A stretch of DNA of 64,000 bases from a virus (taxonomy: Duplodnaviria; Heunggongvirae; Uroviricota; Caudoviricetes). Location: IMG/VR virus record IMGVR_UViG_3300045972_000219; one strand, given 5' to 3'. Positions 36,292-45,769 of this stretch are shown here, one piece after another. Position numbers and translations under genes: made by a program. Each line of letters starts with the position of its first letter. The first letter of the stretch is position 1. Under the pieces are notes generated by a model. The model had not been told where the DNA came from, ran no database searches, and saw only the letters and a list, made by a program, of their open reading frames with translations.

Positions 36292-36825
36292 ATGTTATCT
36301 TATTTAAAGAATTTTTGGATGATGATGAAATTAAGCTTTACAAGAGAGTTTTGTTTAACCTGCCATAAAAATGGTACATACTGGTCGCAGTCTAAACATA
36401 TTAGTCAAAATGAACATTTTGAAATTCGTTTATGGAATATGAAGGTATTTGCATTTACTTCATATTGGAAAAATCCAGCTTTAGTTCTTCAGACAGTGGA
36501 CAATGAACCAGTTGTTTTCATAAATGATGCATTTATGAAAGTAGATGAAGATATTCAGATATTTGCATTAAATCATGAAGTTGGACATTTACAATTCAAA
36601 CATTTGGAAAATCTACAACCTAATACACTACATTGTAATGTATTACATGAAGTGGAGGCAGATAGTTTTGCAGTAGGAGTTATGGTCTCATTAGGATATG
36701 ATGAAGAAAGAATAACTGATACAATCAAACGTCTACTTCCTATTGATAGTGTTTATTATCAGGAGAGAATAAACTGTATTCCATTTGCTTATGAAGGAGC
36801 TATTAATCAACTTAAAGTAGTATAA
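36292..36825 (+). CDS. ImmA/IrrE-family HExxH zinc metallopeptidase
   Basis: HEVGHLQFKH followed about 25 aa later by EVEADSFAVGVMVSLG, which is the ImmA/IrrE (COG2856-type) signature. Opposite-strand island inside the minus arm. RBS AAAGGAGAATATCATG. Confidence 0.65.
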   Translation: MLSYLKNFWMMMKLSFTREFCLTCHKNGTYWSQSKHISQNEHFEIRLWNMKVFAFTSYWKNPALVLQTVDNEPVVFINDAFMKVDEDIQIFALNHEVGHLQFKHLENLQPNTLHCNVLHEVEADSFAVGVMVSLGYDEERITDTIKRLLPIDSVYYQERINCIPFAYEGAINQLKVV

Positions 36826-36839
36826 GAAAGGAGCATCAC

Positions 36840-37025
36840 ATGTTCACAGAAGAAGAAATGAGAATGCTTCTTATTCTTGTTGAAAAAGAGATGCAGTTCA
36901 GTAAATTGACTGCATCTTTGTTGGTTGGCGTTAAAGATAAATTAAACAATGAGCTTACCCTTCATGAGAAGGGTAAAGTTTACATCGATGGTGATTATAA
37001 TAATGGGATAGGAAATTGTCCATAA
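36840..37025 (+). CDS. hypothetical protein (61 aa) co-transcribed with the metallopeptidase
   Basis: RBS AAGAAAGGAGCATCACATG. Confidence 0.45.
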   Translation: MFTEEEMRMLLILVEKEMQFSKLTASLLVGVKDKLNNELTLHEKGKVYIDGDYNNGIGNCP

Positions 37026-37042
37026 GGAATTTATCATAAAAT

Positions 37043-37072
37043 AAGGAGGGGTCACTTCCCTTCTTTTTTTTA
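37043..37072 (+). terminator. putative intrinsic terminator ending the plus-strand island
   Basis: GGAGGGG-TCACTT-CCCTTCT imperfect hairpin, then T8. Confidence 0.45.
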
Positions 37073-37255
37073 TATATGGAACGTAGGAAAATCGTCAAGA
37101 TATATTATATCTACTAACTTCCAGTTATGATCAAACATAGTCCGTATACGATATACTGTAAAACTTATACCAAATGGGCTTCTAATAACATCACCAATTT
37201 TATATTTCTGATAATCAGTAAACATCTTCTTTGTAATAGATTCTAAATAATTCAT
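37070..37255 (-). CDS. hypothetical protein (61 aa)
   Basis: ORF track. Confidence 0.4.
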   Translation of the reverse strand: MNYLESITKKMFTDYQKYKIGDVIRSPFGISFTVYRIRTMFDHNWKLVDIIYLDDFPTFHI

Positions 37256-37266
37256 ATTAACCTTCT

Positions 37267-37542
37267 TTATAACTTCCCTATATGTTTAATTCCACCAGTA
37301 TCCATATCTTTTTTATTAGTTATTTTTCTGATAATGTCTTCTAATTCCATTAATTCTTTTCTAAGTTTTCTTCTCTGGTACATTTTATCTACAACTATCT
37401 TAGGAACATCTTCTTTTTTTATAATTTCTTTTTGCACTAATATAACTATTAAATCTTCTAAAAATCTGACGATAGCTTTATCTGATTCAGTTAGTTCCTG
37501 ATGAATTTTAGTTAATCTCATACGAGCATCAATTGGTAGCAT
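37267..37542 (-). CDS. hypothetical protein (91 aa)
   Basis: ORF track; Lys/Glu-rich. Confidence 0.45.
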   Translation of the reverse strand: MLPIDARMRLTKIHQELTESDKAIVRFLEDLIVILVQKEIIKKEDVPKIVVDKMYQRRKLRKELMELEDIIRKITNKKDMDTGGIKHIGKL

Positions 37543-37572
37543 AATTTGTCCCTCATTCTTCTAAATCTTCTA

Positions 37573-37612
37573 AAAAAAAAATTAGAAAGGAGTTGTTAGC
37601 TCCTTTCTAATC
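37573..37612 (-). terminator. rho-independent terminator for minus-strand transcripts
   Basis: On the minus strand: TTAGAAAGGAG-CTAACAA-CTCCTTTCTAA, an 11-bp perfect stem, then T9 (plus-strand A-run 37573-37582). Confidence 0.7.
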
Positions 37613-37622
37613 ATTTGTTCAA

Positions 37623-37967
37623 TTAAGTTTCAACTTCGAGGTCAATAACCAATCGGTCATTATCAAAATCGTACTCGATATGGATTGGATCACCATCTTC
37701 ATCAATAAGTTGCCGAAATAAAAGATAATCAATAAGATTTATTTCATGTTCAGACATTTTCTCAGTAATAGCCGCTAAGACTTCTGGAAATTGTTTTTCA
37801 ATCTGTGGATGAATGTGAACAAATTTATAAAGCTCTTTGAATTTTTCATAAGCTTCAATCATAATGGCATTTCCAGTGGCACCTTTACCTGCTGCTGCAA
37901 ACGACATCATACGAACAGCTTTATACTGCTCTTCAAGGATCAATGGGTAAGGGTATCTAGATATCAT
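37623..37967 (-). CDS. hypothetical protein (114 aa)
   Basis: ORF track. Confidence 0.5.
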   Translation of the reverse strand: MISRYPYPLILEEQYKAVRMMSFAAAGKGATGNAIMIEAYEKFKELYKFVHIHPQIEKQFPEVLAAITEKMSEHEINLIDYLLFRQLIDEDGDPIHIEYDFDNDRLVIDLEVET

Positions 37968-38373
37968 TAGCTGACCACCTTCCTTCCTCTTGATAATTTT
38001 TTATGTCATGAATATTAGAGTCAATTTCTTCTTTACCATGACTATTGATTTCGAATATCTCATCAATAGATTGCCCTGTACCTTCATGTACAAGGTTGAT
38101 AACTTGATCTGTGAATGAATTAAGAAGATTATTCATTTCCTTAGATTTAAAATCAACTACAACATTTGGACGAATAGTTTTTCCTAAATATGGACCACTT
38201 ATATAATTTTGAAATTCAATATGAGTTGAACCTTTATTAATTACTACTTCATAGTGAAGTTCATGATCACCATCTTTATTTGTTACTTTGATGTTTGCAG
38301 AAAATATACAGTATACTGGATTGATTGACATCTCGATTTTCTTATGCATTATTGATCCTCCTCTATTTCGCAT
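37957..38373 (-). CDS. hypothetical protein (138 aa)
   Basis: ORF track. Confidence 0.5.
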   Translation of the reverse strand: MRNRGGSIMHKKIEMSINPVYCIFSANIKVTNKDGDHELHYEVVINKGSTHIEFQNYISGPYLGKTIRPNVVVDFKSKEMNNLLNSFTDQVINLVHEGTGQSIDEIFEINSHGKEEIDSNIHDIKNYQEEGRWSANDI

Positions 38374-38570
38374 GGTGGTTGTACATTATGAATGATATTA
38401 TCTATAATACTATCATAGCTAATAGTAAATATATGACCGTTGTGTTCAACAGTCACAGTACGCTTTTCTTCTGCAGCTAACAATAGTGCATCCTCTATAC
38501 ATGTTCTAACACTACAACCTGCTGATGCAGATGTTTCGATTCTTCGGATATGTAAATATTTTCTTTCCAT
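38349..38570 (-). CDS. hypothetical protein (73 aa)
   Basis: ORF track. Confidence 0.45.
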   Translation of the reverse strand: MERKYLHIRRIETSASAGCSVRTCIEDALLLAAEEKRTVTVEHNGHIFTISYDSIIDNIIHNVQPPCEIEEDQ

Positions 38571-38785
38571 TATAGTATAAACCTCTCATTCACAATTGAT
38601 TGGATTGTATTAAGCCGTGTTTCGTATTCTTTATTAACTCTATCCATACCTTCAGCTCTTACTTTAGCTCCAAGATATAATACAGTTAAGGTTGCAGCGT
38701 CAAATGCAACGAATTCACCATCAGGAGTACTTCTATAGTGAAGTACTCCATCTATAGTTTTTTCTTCATAATACATATTTTTCAT
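38570..38785 (-). CDS. hypothetical protein (71 aa)
   Basis: ORF track. Confidence 0.45.
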   Translation of the reverse strand: MKNMYYEEKTIDGVLHYRSTPDGEFVAFDAATLTVLYLGAKVRAEGMDRVNKEYETRLNTIQSIVNERFIL

Positions 38786-38884
38786 TCCCTCCTTTTCAAC
38801 AACTCAATAATCACAGCAAGCATCACAATGATGACAAAAAGAAGTAAATTAGTACCAAGCAGCATCCATGTAATTGTCATTCAT

Positions 38885-39298
38885 TTATCCTTTCTTATCA
38901 AAGATATTTATTGGGGGAATTTCCTCAACATATGACCCTAATTTATTACTAAAATCAGTATCTTTCAGCATATTTATAAGTATCTTAGCTGTCTCAGGTT
39001 CAAATTGCCCATGTTGGTAGTTGTACAACTGGATTATAAGACCATCCAATCCAGGTCTAGACTGATAATTTGAATCTTCACCATCTTCTTCTCTGATAGA
39101 ATCAGACTCTCCAAAACATCTAATAGGAAAATCTAATGTAACGAATCCTGCTGATACTAGAGTCCAGAAGACTCTTCTTTCCATATTCTCAGGTAAGGAA
39201 CGCATAGCCTGAAGCATATGAACATGAGCAACTTGTTTAGGAAAGATGAACGGAATATCTCGTGTACCATCATTCATCATTATATATTTAAATTCCAT
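38885..39298 (-). CDS. hypothetical protein (137 aa)
   Basis: ORF track. Confidence 0.5.
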   Translation of the reverse strand: MEFKYIMMNDGTRDIPFIFPKQVAHVHMLQAMRSLPENMERRVFWTLVSAGFVTLDFPIRCFGESDSIREEDGEDSNYQSRPGLDGLIIQLYNYQHGQFEPETAKILINMLKDTDFSNKLGSYVEEIPPINIFDKKG

Positions 39299-39723
39299 TA
39301 TGGTAGCTCCTTATAGACCTTACGCCACAGGTAGTCTAGTATTTGTGCATTTCTAGGTGCAGGATTATTAGGTGTGATGAACTTAAAAGTTCTTATGAAT
39401 CTACCAGATCTATCTTTGATCTTATCTCTTTTATCATTACATTTAACAGTAAAAGACATTTCATGCCTAGATAGGTCAAATGATTTTGGAATAAGATTAC
39501 ACCATGTTCCATAACTATCATGTATAGACAGTGTATCTTCACTCATCATAACTTCAACAGGAGAAGGTCTAACTGTCACTATACTAAGTCTAGATGAGTG
39601 TGGATTTTGATCAATAACTACATATAATCTATCTAACATGAATGCTTCTAATGATGCTTTAAATTCATCCTTCGATAGCTCTTCCGTATCCTGACTAATA
39701 ATACTCATTAAATTATTTTCCAT
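39298..39723 (-). CDS. hypothetical protein (141 aa)
   Basis: ORF track. Confidence 0.5.
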   Translation of the reverse strand: MENNLMSIISQDTEELSKDEFKASLEAFMLDRLYVVIDQNPHSSRLSIVTVRPSPVEVMMSEDTLSIHDSYGTWCNLIPKSFDLSRHEMSFTVKCNDKRDKIKDRSGRFIRTFKFITPNNPAPRNAQILDYLWRKVYKELP

Positions 39724-39724
39724 T

Positions 39725-39985
39725 TTAATCCTCCAATTTTAATGAATCAAGATAATCTGCAAATTCAGTGGCCATTCTTGCAAGGATTCTTAATTTTTCA
39801 GTTCCATTTTCAAAATCATGCAGATATACAGTTTCACTACATCCATGAATAATGAATAAAGTATTCATTTTTTCTGGATCGTCTTCATGAGCTATAGATG
39901 CTTTATTCTTTTTACCATGAAATGCTTCTACTGCTGAAAATGAATGATATCCTTTTGGATTAAGCCATTCTCGCTTATGATACAT
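39725..39985 (-). CDS. hypothetical protein (86 aa)
   Basis: ORF track. Confidence 0.45.
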   Translation of the reverse strand: MYHKREWLNPKGYHSFSAVEAFHGKKNKASIAHEDDPEKMNTLFIIHGCSETVYLHDFENGTEKLRILARMATEFADYLDSLKLED

Positions 39986-39988
39986 CTT

Positions 39989-40513
39989 TTAATCCTCCAA
40001 ATCTTTTAATGTAAGATCACCCTCTCTCATTTTCTTATTAAAGGCTTCAGTTCTGATGGATATTAAAAGTCCTATATTTTCTTTTGGTTTAGTTAGCTTT
40101 AATTTTTCTCTTTCTTCATATTGTTTTTGTTTTAGACTTTCCATATTATCTCTATATTCCAGTTCTTTAAATGCATCTTTACAAATACAGCAGTACCCAG
40201 TAATACTATAATTATTTTGTCTCATTATCCATGCTTGAATAGGAAGCATTATATTACCACAATAAATACAACGTTCTTTTCCACCTATCTCAATAAACTT
40301 AGTAGGTCTAAGATCTTCATGTGTTGAATCCCAACTACGCTCATAACCAGTACTAGTTCTAGATGTTCCAAAGCAATTCCTAAAGAATTTATCAGCTTGT
40401 TTATCGATTTTCTTACCATTTATTTCCATTTTAATTCTCCTCCTTTTCTCTATTTTGTATTTTTTCTTGGAGATGTTGTACAGCTGTATCAGATAAAAAT
40501 ATTTCTTTACCAT
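39989..40513 (-). CDS. hypothetical protein with Cys cluster (174 aa)
   Basis: CIYCG ... CCICK motifs. Confidence 0.5.
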   Translation of the reverse strand: MVKKYFYLIQLYNISKKKYKIEKRRRIKMEINGKKIDKQADKFFRNCFGTSRTSTGYERSWDSTHEDLRPTKFIEIGGKERCIYCGNIMLPIQAWIMRQNNYSITGYCCICKDAFKELEYRDNMESLKQKQYEEREKLKLTKPKENIGLLISIRTEAFNKKMREGDLTLKDLED

Positions 40514-40612
40514 TTGGGACTTTCACAAGAAACCCAACACCTACATCATTGATTTCAAATTCCATACAACCATATTCTTCATCTATAATAAAACTGACTT
40601 TTTCTTTCATTT

Positions 40613-40951
40613 TTAATCCTCCTTAACTACCTCAAATGGTTGTCCATTGGAATCCAACCAACATGCAGTATACAAAATCCCCTGACAATTTTCTTCTGGA
40701 ATGTATATGAAGTAATCTTCCTCACCAATATAAACCCAATTAATTTCCTCTTTATCTTTGATTAGTTTCAGGTTGTTATCTCTAACTGCTTTAATCTCAT
40801 AGGATGGTAACTCATAATCATGTTTTTTAATGAATTTCTCAATATCCTTTACAATCCTATCTACTGGTTCTTCAGTATTAACCACTCCAATGAATCCTAA
40901 GAAATCACATTCCCATGGTACGTTATTATTTGTGAATATAGCAAATAACAT
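40613..40951 (-). CDS. hypothetical protein (112 aa)
   Basis: ORF track. Confidence 0.5.
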   Translation of the reverse strand: MLFAIFTNNNVPWECDFLGFIGVVNTEEPVDRIVKDIEKFIKKHDYELPSYEIKAVRDNNLKLIKDKEEINWVYIGEEDYFIYIPEENCQGILYTACWLDSNGQPFEVVKED

Positions 40952-41223
40952 TAATCCTCCTCCCTGATAAGATAGTTATCAAACATACTTAGTCTAAAGA
41001 ACGGTTTATCCATTACTTCTTCTAACATTTCATCAGCCCATTTTTCAATGTTAGTAATTGAGAAGTCTTGATTACTGTTAATAAACTCTTTGACACTATG
41101 ATTAGTATCCCATGTTTCTTTTCTAAGTAAAGAATATTCTTCTTCTTTAATTAACCGATGAATCATCGTAATTCGATTTATTGCTTTTTCTCTCGTAATA
41201 TACTGTGTTGATTGGATACCCAT
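40951..41223 (-). CDS. hypothetical protein (90 aa)
   Basis: ORF track. Confidence 0.45.
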   Translation of the reverse strand: MGIQSTQYITREKAINRITMIHRLIKEEEYSLLRKETWDTNHSVKEFINSNQDFSITNIEKWADEMLEEVMDKPFFRLSMFDNYLIREED

Positions 41224-41235
41224 TTTAATCCTCCT

Positions 41236-41466
41236 TTAATAACCATAACCATTTTTTAGTGGACATTTATCAGGGATTGCTTTATTAATTCTGATTACTC
41301 GATGCTTCCAATCATATTTATCATCTTTAATATCTTTTGCAAAACAATTTACTGCTTTAGGATGATCACATACAGGCTTTGCTTCTCCTACAGTGAACCC
41401 ACCAGAGTGACTTAAATGTCTACACTCTGTACATCGTTTTATTGTAATTTCGATAGTTACACTCAT
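41236..41466 (-). CDS. zinc-finger protein (76 aa)
   Basis: CTECRH ... CDHP ... C. Confidence 0.45.
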   Translation of the reverse strand: MSVTIEITIKRCTECRHLSHSGGFTVGEAKPVCDHPKAVNCFAKDIKDDKYDWKHRVIRINKAIPDKCPLKNGYGY

Positions 41467-41576
41467 ATTATCCTCCTTAATTATATTATCAGCTAAAAAA
41501 TAATATGTAATTACTTTCTTCTTCGTATCGCCTCTATCATCTTCTGTAGCAACTCATATGCTGGTTGACGATGATC

Positions 41577-41616
41577 AGAGCATCCCTTACTAAATAGATT
41601 TAGTAAGGGATGCTCT
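41577..41616. promoter_or_regulatory. 19-bp perfect palindrome (AGAGCATCCCTTACTAAAT-AG-ATTTAGTAAGGGATGCTCT) in a 190-nt intergenic gap
   Basis: Perfect inverted repeat with no adjacent U-tract on either strand. Candidate operator, RNase III site or U-less terminator. Confidence 0.4.
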
Positions 41617-41655
41617 TTCATGAATTTATCAGCATCTGAGGCTAGTTTGTCTAGC

Positions 41656-41949
41656 CTATCCATTAGAACTCCTAGCTGTAGATATGGTGTATGCAGGTTC
41701 TTTAGAGATATATACTTGTTTACTTTGGATGAGTTCAGCTACTCTAACTATCGTCATCTTCTTAAATGCATCCCAGTTTAATTCGTAATACTGTATAGCT
41801 GGATAAGTCATTTTAATATAGATACGATGCTCAAGCATTTTCTTTGCTAGAGTATGAATACAGTTAATCCTGACCATCGATTTAACATCATGAAGCTTAC
41901 CTGAAGCGGTAGTTGTTTTCCAACCTTCCATTTCATTAGTTTTACACAT
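41656..41949 (-). CDS. hypothetical protein (97 aa)
   Basis: ORF track. Confidence 0.45.
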   Translation of the reverse strand: MCKTNEMEGWKTTTASGKLHDVKSMVRINCIHTLAKKMLEHRIYIKMTYPAIQYYELNWDAFKKMTIVRVAELIQSKQVYISKEPAYTISTARSSNG

Positions 41950-41951
41950 AA

Positions 41952-42137
41952 CTATTCCCTTTCATTATAAATTAGAAATGAACATATAACTGCAATCATT
42001 ATTGCAAATAATACTTTCCACCATGAATAATTGTACGATGGATTTAACGATGATAAATGAGATGCATTAATACCAGCAACATTTCCTAGTAAAAATATTA
42101 TCAATGGTAGAATTACATATCTTACTATATTATTCAC
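41952..42137 (-). CDS. small membrane protein (61 aa)
   Basis: 2 TM helices. Confidence 0.4.
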   Translation of the reverse strand: MNNIVRYVILPLIIFLLGNVAGINASHLSSLNPSYNYSWWKVLFAIMIAVICSFLIYNERE

Positions 42138-42149
42138 TATATTTCTCCT

Positions 42150-42422
42150 TTAATTCCATGGATGGTTATATGGTTTTGGTTTAACTAAAAAGGTAACATC
42201 TTCAATTCTCTTATAAATAAATACACCATGTCCATCATTAGTTAAATCACATTTTATATCTACATGTGGCGGAGCTAATACTTCTATCCACGGAAAAAAT
42301 GTTAAAAATAATCGCATCATTAATGTTGGTTCTTGTTCGTATGTAAGAACTTCTTCCCAAGTATAATCTATTTTAGGTTTATCAATATCTTTAGATTGTA
42401 ATAGCCTATCTCGCATCAGCAT
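42150..42422 (-). CDS. hypothetical protein (90 aa)
   Basis: ORF track. Confidence 0.45.
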   Translation of the reverse strand: MLMRDRLLQSKDIDKPKIDYTWEEVLTYEQEPTLMMRLFLTFFPWIEVLAPPHVDIKCDLTNDGHGVFIYKRIEDVTFLVKPKPYNHPWN

Positions 42423-42434
42423 TTTATTTCTCCT

Positions 42435-42617
42435 TTATTTTGCTTTTTCGAGTGGACACCATTCAGGAAACTCATCGAGTAGTGGCACCTGTTTTTTACC
42501 TGTAGCAGTGCAATCAAAGTTTGGATATCCGTAACCAGTAGCTTGTGGGTTTTTGAAGTGTCTACAATTTTCACATTTATCAGTTCCAATGGGGTACAGT
42601 CGCTTATATTTTTTCAT
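42435..42617 (-). CDS. zinc-ribbon protein (60 aa)
   Basis: CENCRH ... C ... CPLEK. Confidence 0.45.
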   Translation of the reverse strand: MKKYKRLYPIGTDKCENCRHFKNPQATGYGYPNFDCTATGKKQVPLLDEFPEWCPLEKAK

Positions 42618-42637
42618 TTCATTTCTCCTTTTTTTTT

Positions 42638-42832
42638 TTATTTATTTTTTGGGAATACTTCATCGATATTTCTAGGCTCTCTACCAAGTAAACGAGCAGT
42701 GTCATGTTCAAGTTCAATCCATCGAATACGCCAAACTTGTATTTTTAAATTATTTATTAACATACCCCAAGCAAAGAAACCAATTGCAGTTGCAATTAAA
42801 ACAATACTAAATAATATGTCTTGATTCATCAC
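42638..42832 (-). CDS. small membrane protein (64 aa)
   Basis: 1 TM helix. Confidence 0.4.
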   Translation of the reverse strand: MMNQDILFSIVLIATAIGFFAWGMLINNLKIQVWRIRWIELEHDTARLLGREPRNIDEVFPKNK

Positions 42833-43056
42833 ATATCCTCCAAAGCCTTATTAAGTGATTTGACTACATTCTTAACAGACTTTTCAGCTATTTCTCTAGC
42901 TCTCATTCTATCGTAGCATACATATTTTAGCTGACGTCCATTAGCCCTAATGACATAAGAGCCATCCTGACAGAGAATAACTCTCATCGTCAGGATGGCT
43001 CTTATGATAACAAGTGTATCTATTCCGTTATGACTAGTCCAGTTCATTTTAATCAC
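42829..43056 (-). CDS. hypothetical protein (75 aa)
   Basis: ORF track. Confidence 0.45.
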   Translation of the reverse strand: MIKMNWTSHNGIDTLVIIRAILTMRVILCQDGSYVIRANGRQLKYVCYDRMRAREIAEKSVKNVVKSLNKALEDM

Positions 43057-43693
43057 TACTACATGATGAACTTGAATCTGAACAGGATGAAGAAGATGAA
43101 TCTGAAGAATAACTGCTTGAAGAACTCGAATCAGATGAATAAGAGCTACCTGAGTCTGAAGAATATGAAGAACGATCAGGTTCAGTAACTACAGTAGGTG
43201 CATCATCATAAGAACTAGATGATCCTCCTCCATCAAACTCTCCTCCACCTGTTACAAACTTTTCTTCTTCAGTTACATCAGATAAGAATGCTGCAGCAAC
43301 CATAGCTCCTGTAGCCATTCCTACTCCACCAGCTACAGCCATGTTAACATTACTGTCAATTTCTCGTACAGTTACTACTGGTTTATTATCTTTTGTGAGA
43401 TATTGCTTATTAATATGATTTAATCCTTGATTAGTTACTACATTATTAGTACTTTTGAGACTACTAACAGTATTACCAGCTATAGCTAATTCTTTATTAA
43501 GAGTAATTATCTCACAATTCAATCTAGATATTTCTTCTCTATTAACTTGGTTAGCTTCTTTTGATCTGATTGCTGCATCTTCAAGATCTTGATTAGCTTT
43601 CTTTAGTTTAGACATTTTAGTCATCATACTAATTGTAAGTATCATGTCAATTACCGCTAATACAGATACAATTATAATCATTCCTGTGCTCAT
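43049..43693 (-). CDS. membrane-anchored coiled-coil protein with Ser-rich low-complexity tail (214 aa)
   Basis: N-terminal TM helix, coiled coil, then SSYSSDSGSSYSSDSSSSSSYSSDSSSSSCSDSSSSCSSD. Confidence 0.5.
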   Translation of the reverse strand: MSTGMIIIVSVLAVIDMILTISMMTKMSKLKKANQDLEDAAIRSKEANQVNREEISRLNCEIITLNKELAIAGNTVSSLKSTNNVVTNQGLNHINKQYLTKDNKPVVTVREIDSNVNMAVAGGVGMATGAMVAAAFLSDVTEEEKFVTGGGEFDGGGSSSSYDDAPTVVTEPDRSSYSSDSGSSYSSDSSSSSSYSSDSSSSSCSDSSSSCSSD

Positions 43694-43908
43694 TTATTTC
43701 TCCCTTTGTTTTTTGATGAAAATCCATAACATGCATGTTCACAGCATATATTACACTCACCAATACCATCTAGATGATCAGATTGTGGATGACCGCATAT
43801 GCAATTTTTATCTAACTGAGATTTTTGTTTCTTTTCAGCTATCATCTCAGCCATTACTTGTTTCTTTACCCATAATTCTTCTCGATCACTTAACATTATA
43901 AACCTCAT
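43690..43908 (-). CDS. Cys/His-rich protein (72 aa)
   Basis: CICGHPQSDH ... CNICCEHAC. Confidence 0.45.
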   Translation of the reverse strand: MRFIMLSDREELWVKKQVMAEMIAEKKQKSQLDKNCICGHPQSDHLDGIGECNICCEHACYGFSSKNKGRNK

Positions 43909-44111
43909 TATACTCGATATAAATTAACTTCCCTATCACAGAAACTACAATATACTTTATCTTTATCAGGCACAGCTTTGTGCTGATGGGCGAAGGTATT
44001 ACATTTAGGACATTTACCTTTTCTAAATCTTACTACCCTCTTTATTTCTACTCTTCTATGAGCTGATTTTTCCATAGCTACTAGACTTAAGAAACCCCCT
44101 TCGATAATCAT
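43908..44111 (-). CDS. zinc-ribbon protein (67 aa)
   Basis: CPKCN ... CSFCD. Confidence 0.45.
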   Translation of the reverse strand: MIIEGGFLSLVAMEKSAHRRVEIKRVVRFRKGKCPKCNTFAHQHKAVPDKDKVYCSFCDREVNLYRV

Positions 44112-44686
44112 ATTACAGTTTCTCCTTTCATATAAGCTTCAATTTGTTCATGTGTATCACCCTGAGTCTCAGGGTTAAAATCTAGTGTATGACCTGACAT
44201 GCTAGGGAATTCTTTAATACATTCTTCTAGTATAACATCTTCTTCATGTATACTATCATCATCTTCTGGATTGGTAATAATAAATCTAGTTTTAGGATTC
44301 TGCTGGAGGTATCCAATAATATTCCAATGATTAACTTCATCCTTAGTAAAGCGATAATCAAGAATAGCTTCTTCAATAAGACCAAAGATTACATAATCTA
44401 ATTCTATACCAAAGTATGAGCTATCGAAACATGCGTCTTCTAATTCTTCGTATATCTTATTATACGTTGGATTTACAATGAACTGCGTTTCTGAAACCCA
44501 TTTTTGTTCATGTTTCTTCATTGAATCATATAGACTGAGACCCCATCTAAATTGATCTGTAATTCTTCTAAGGAACTCTACTGCTGGTTTACGCATATTA
44601 CTTGGGATGGCTCGAACTTTATCAAACTTCTTATCCCAAAACTTCTCAGCTTCCATAATAGACATCGCAGTTGTTCCTTCAGTCAT
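44108..44686 (-). CDS. hypothetical protein (192 aa); paralog of 5910..6317
   Basis: Shared motif DSSYFGIELDYVIFGLIEEAIL. Confidence 0.55.
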   Translation of the reverse strand: MTEGTTAMSIMEAEKFWDKKFDKVRAIPSNMRKPAVEFLRRITDQFRWGLSLYDSMKKHEQKWVSETQFIVNPTYNKIYEELEDACFDSSYFGIELDYVIFGLIEEAILDYRFTKDEVNHWNIIGYLQQNPKTRFIITNPEDDDSIHEEDVILEECIKEFPSMSGHTLDFNPETQGDTHEQIEAYMKGETVI

Positions 44687-44699
44687 TTGTCTTCTCCTT

Positions 44700-44993
44700 T
44701 TAGTGTCCTTGAGCTTCCATAGTATATGGTAACCATGAGTGTACTATCTTTCCAGTATCAGTTATAAAATGTATTTCACCATTACTTACTGCTACTTTAT
44801 GACCCATATAAATTGCTCCTGAATGAGTAGTAATTTTCCATACAGTGGGGTCATCACTAGTTTGAGGTTGACTTACTCTACCATCTACATCTTCTCTTTT
44901 TTTACAGCTGGATAGCATGGAAGAACTAGTTATCGCAAAAGTAAATATACTAAGTATAAAGATGATACTATATACTATTTTAATTAGCCTCAT
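44700..44993 (-). CDS. small lipoprotein (97 aa)
   Basis: Signal peptide and lipobox-like LSSC. Confidence 0.45.
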   Translation of the reverse strand: MRLIKIVYSIIFILSIFTFAITSSSMLSSCKKREDVDGRVSQPQTSDDPTVWKITTHSGAIYMGHKVAVSNGEIHFITDTGKIVHSWLPYTMEAQGH

Positions 44994-45291
44994 TTGAATC
45001 TCCTTTATTTACAACTGTATCAATATTAATTTCTTTTAATTTCAATTCACCATTAACATGAATATCTACATCTACAACATGTTTAACAGAGATAACATTT
45101 ACATCATGTCCGATCATAGATAATTTAAATGGTAGACCAGCACCTCTCCAATGTGCAATTCCAGCATCTCCACCTTTAGAAGCCTCTTCTTTCCATGACT
45201 GTAAAAACTCTGAAAATTTTGATGCATGATCTAGATTTTCAAATTCGACTACAACTCTACTAGGTGTATCATTTCTCATGTTATCCTCCAT
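44980..45291 (-). CDS. hypothetical protein (103 aa)
   Basis: ORF track. Confidence 0.45.
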   Translation of the reverse strand: MEDNMRNDTPSRVVVEFENLDHASKFSEFLQSWKEEASKGGDAGIAHWRGAGLPFKLSMIGHDVNVISVKHVVDVDIHVNGELKLKEINIDTVVNKGDSNEAN

Positions 45292-45394
45292 TTAGTTTAT
45301 TTAACAGAATCATAATATGTATCCGTATTTTAAATAATAATATACTCATATTAGTTTAATAAGAAATTAACCTATTAAAAAAAAGGAGATAAAA

Positions 45395-45763
45395 ATGAAA
45401 AGAAGTATTATTACTATAAGTCGATTTATGTATACTGAAAAGGGAGATTTCTACGGACAGGAATCTTTCTTTACTACTGATCATTGTCAAGGAGTAGAAT
45501 CTGGTAAAAGAGGAAAACCATTAGGAGATGACTGGGTTCCTTGTACATCTTATCTTCCAATGACAGTTGTTGAAAGACCAGGAATTGAAGATGGTGTCGT
45601 TGATACTCTTGAAAAATTCTTAGTGCTTCGATGGGGTACAAGGTGGATTCCTAATCCTGACCCTGATTTCAGAGTACCTGAATTTGAAGATGTAGTTGTT
45701 AGACTTGAAGAAGACTTAACAAGGCTTGTAGAAAGGATAGAGATTTATAAAAAGAAGGATTAA
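45395..45763 (+). CDS. hypothetical protein (122 aa) on the opposite strand, moron-like
   Basis: Own AT-rich upstream region with RBS AAAAAAGGAGATAAAAATG. Ended by a bidirectional terminator. Lone plus-strand gene inside the minus arm. Confidence 0.55.
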   Translation: MKRSIITISRFMYTEKGDFYGQESFFTTDHCQGVESGKRGKPLGDDWVPCTSYLPMTVVERPGIEDGVVDTLEKFLVLRWGTRWIPNPDPDFRVPEFEDVVVRLEEDLTRLVERIEIYKKKD

Positions 45764-45769
45764 AAGTAA

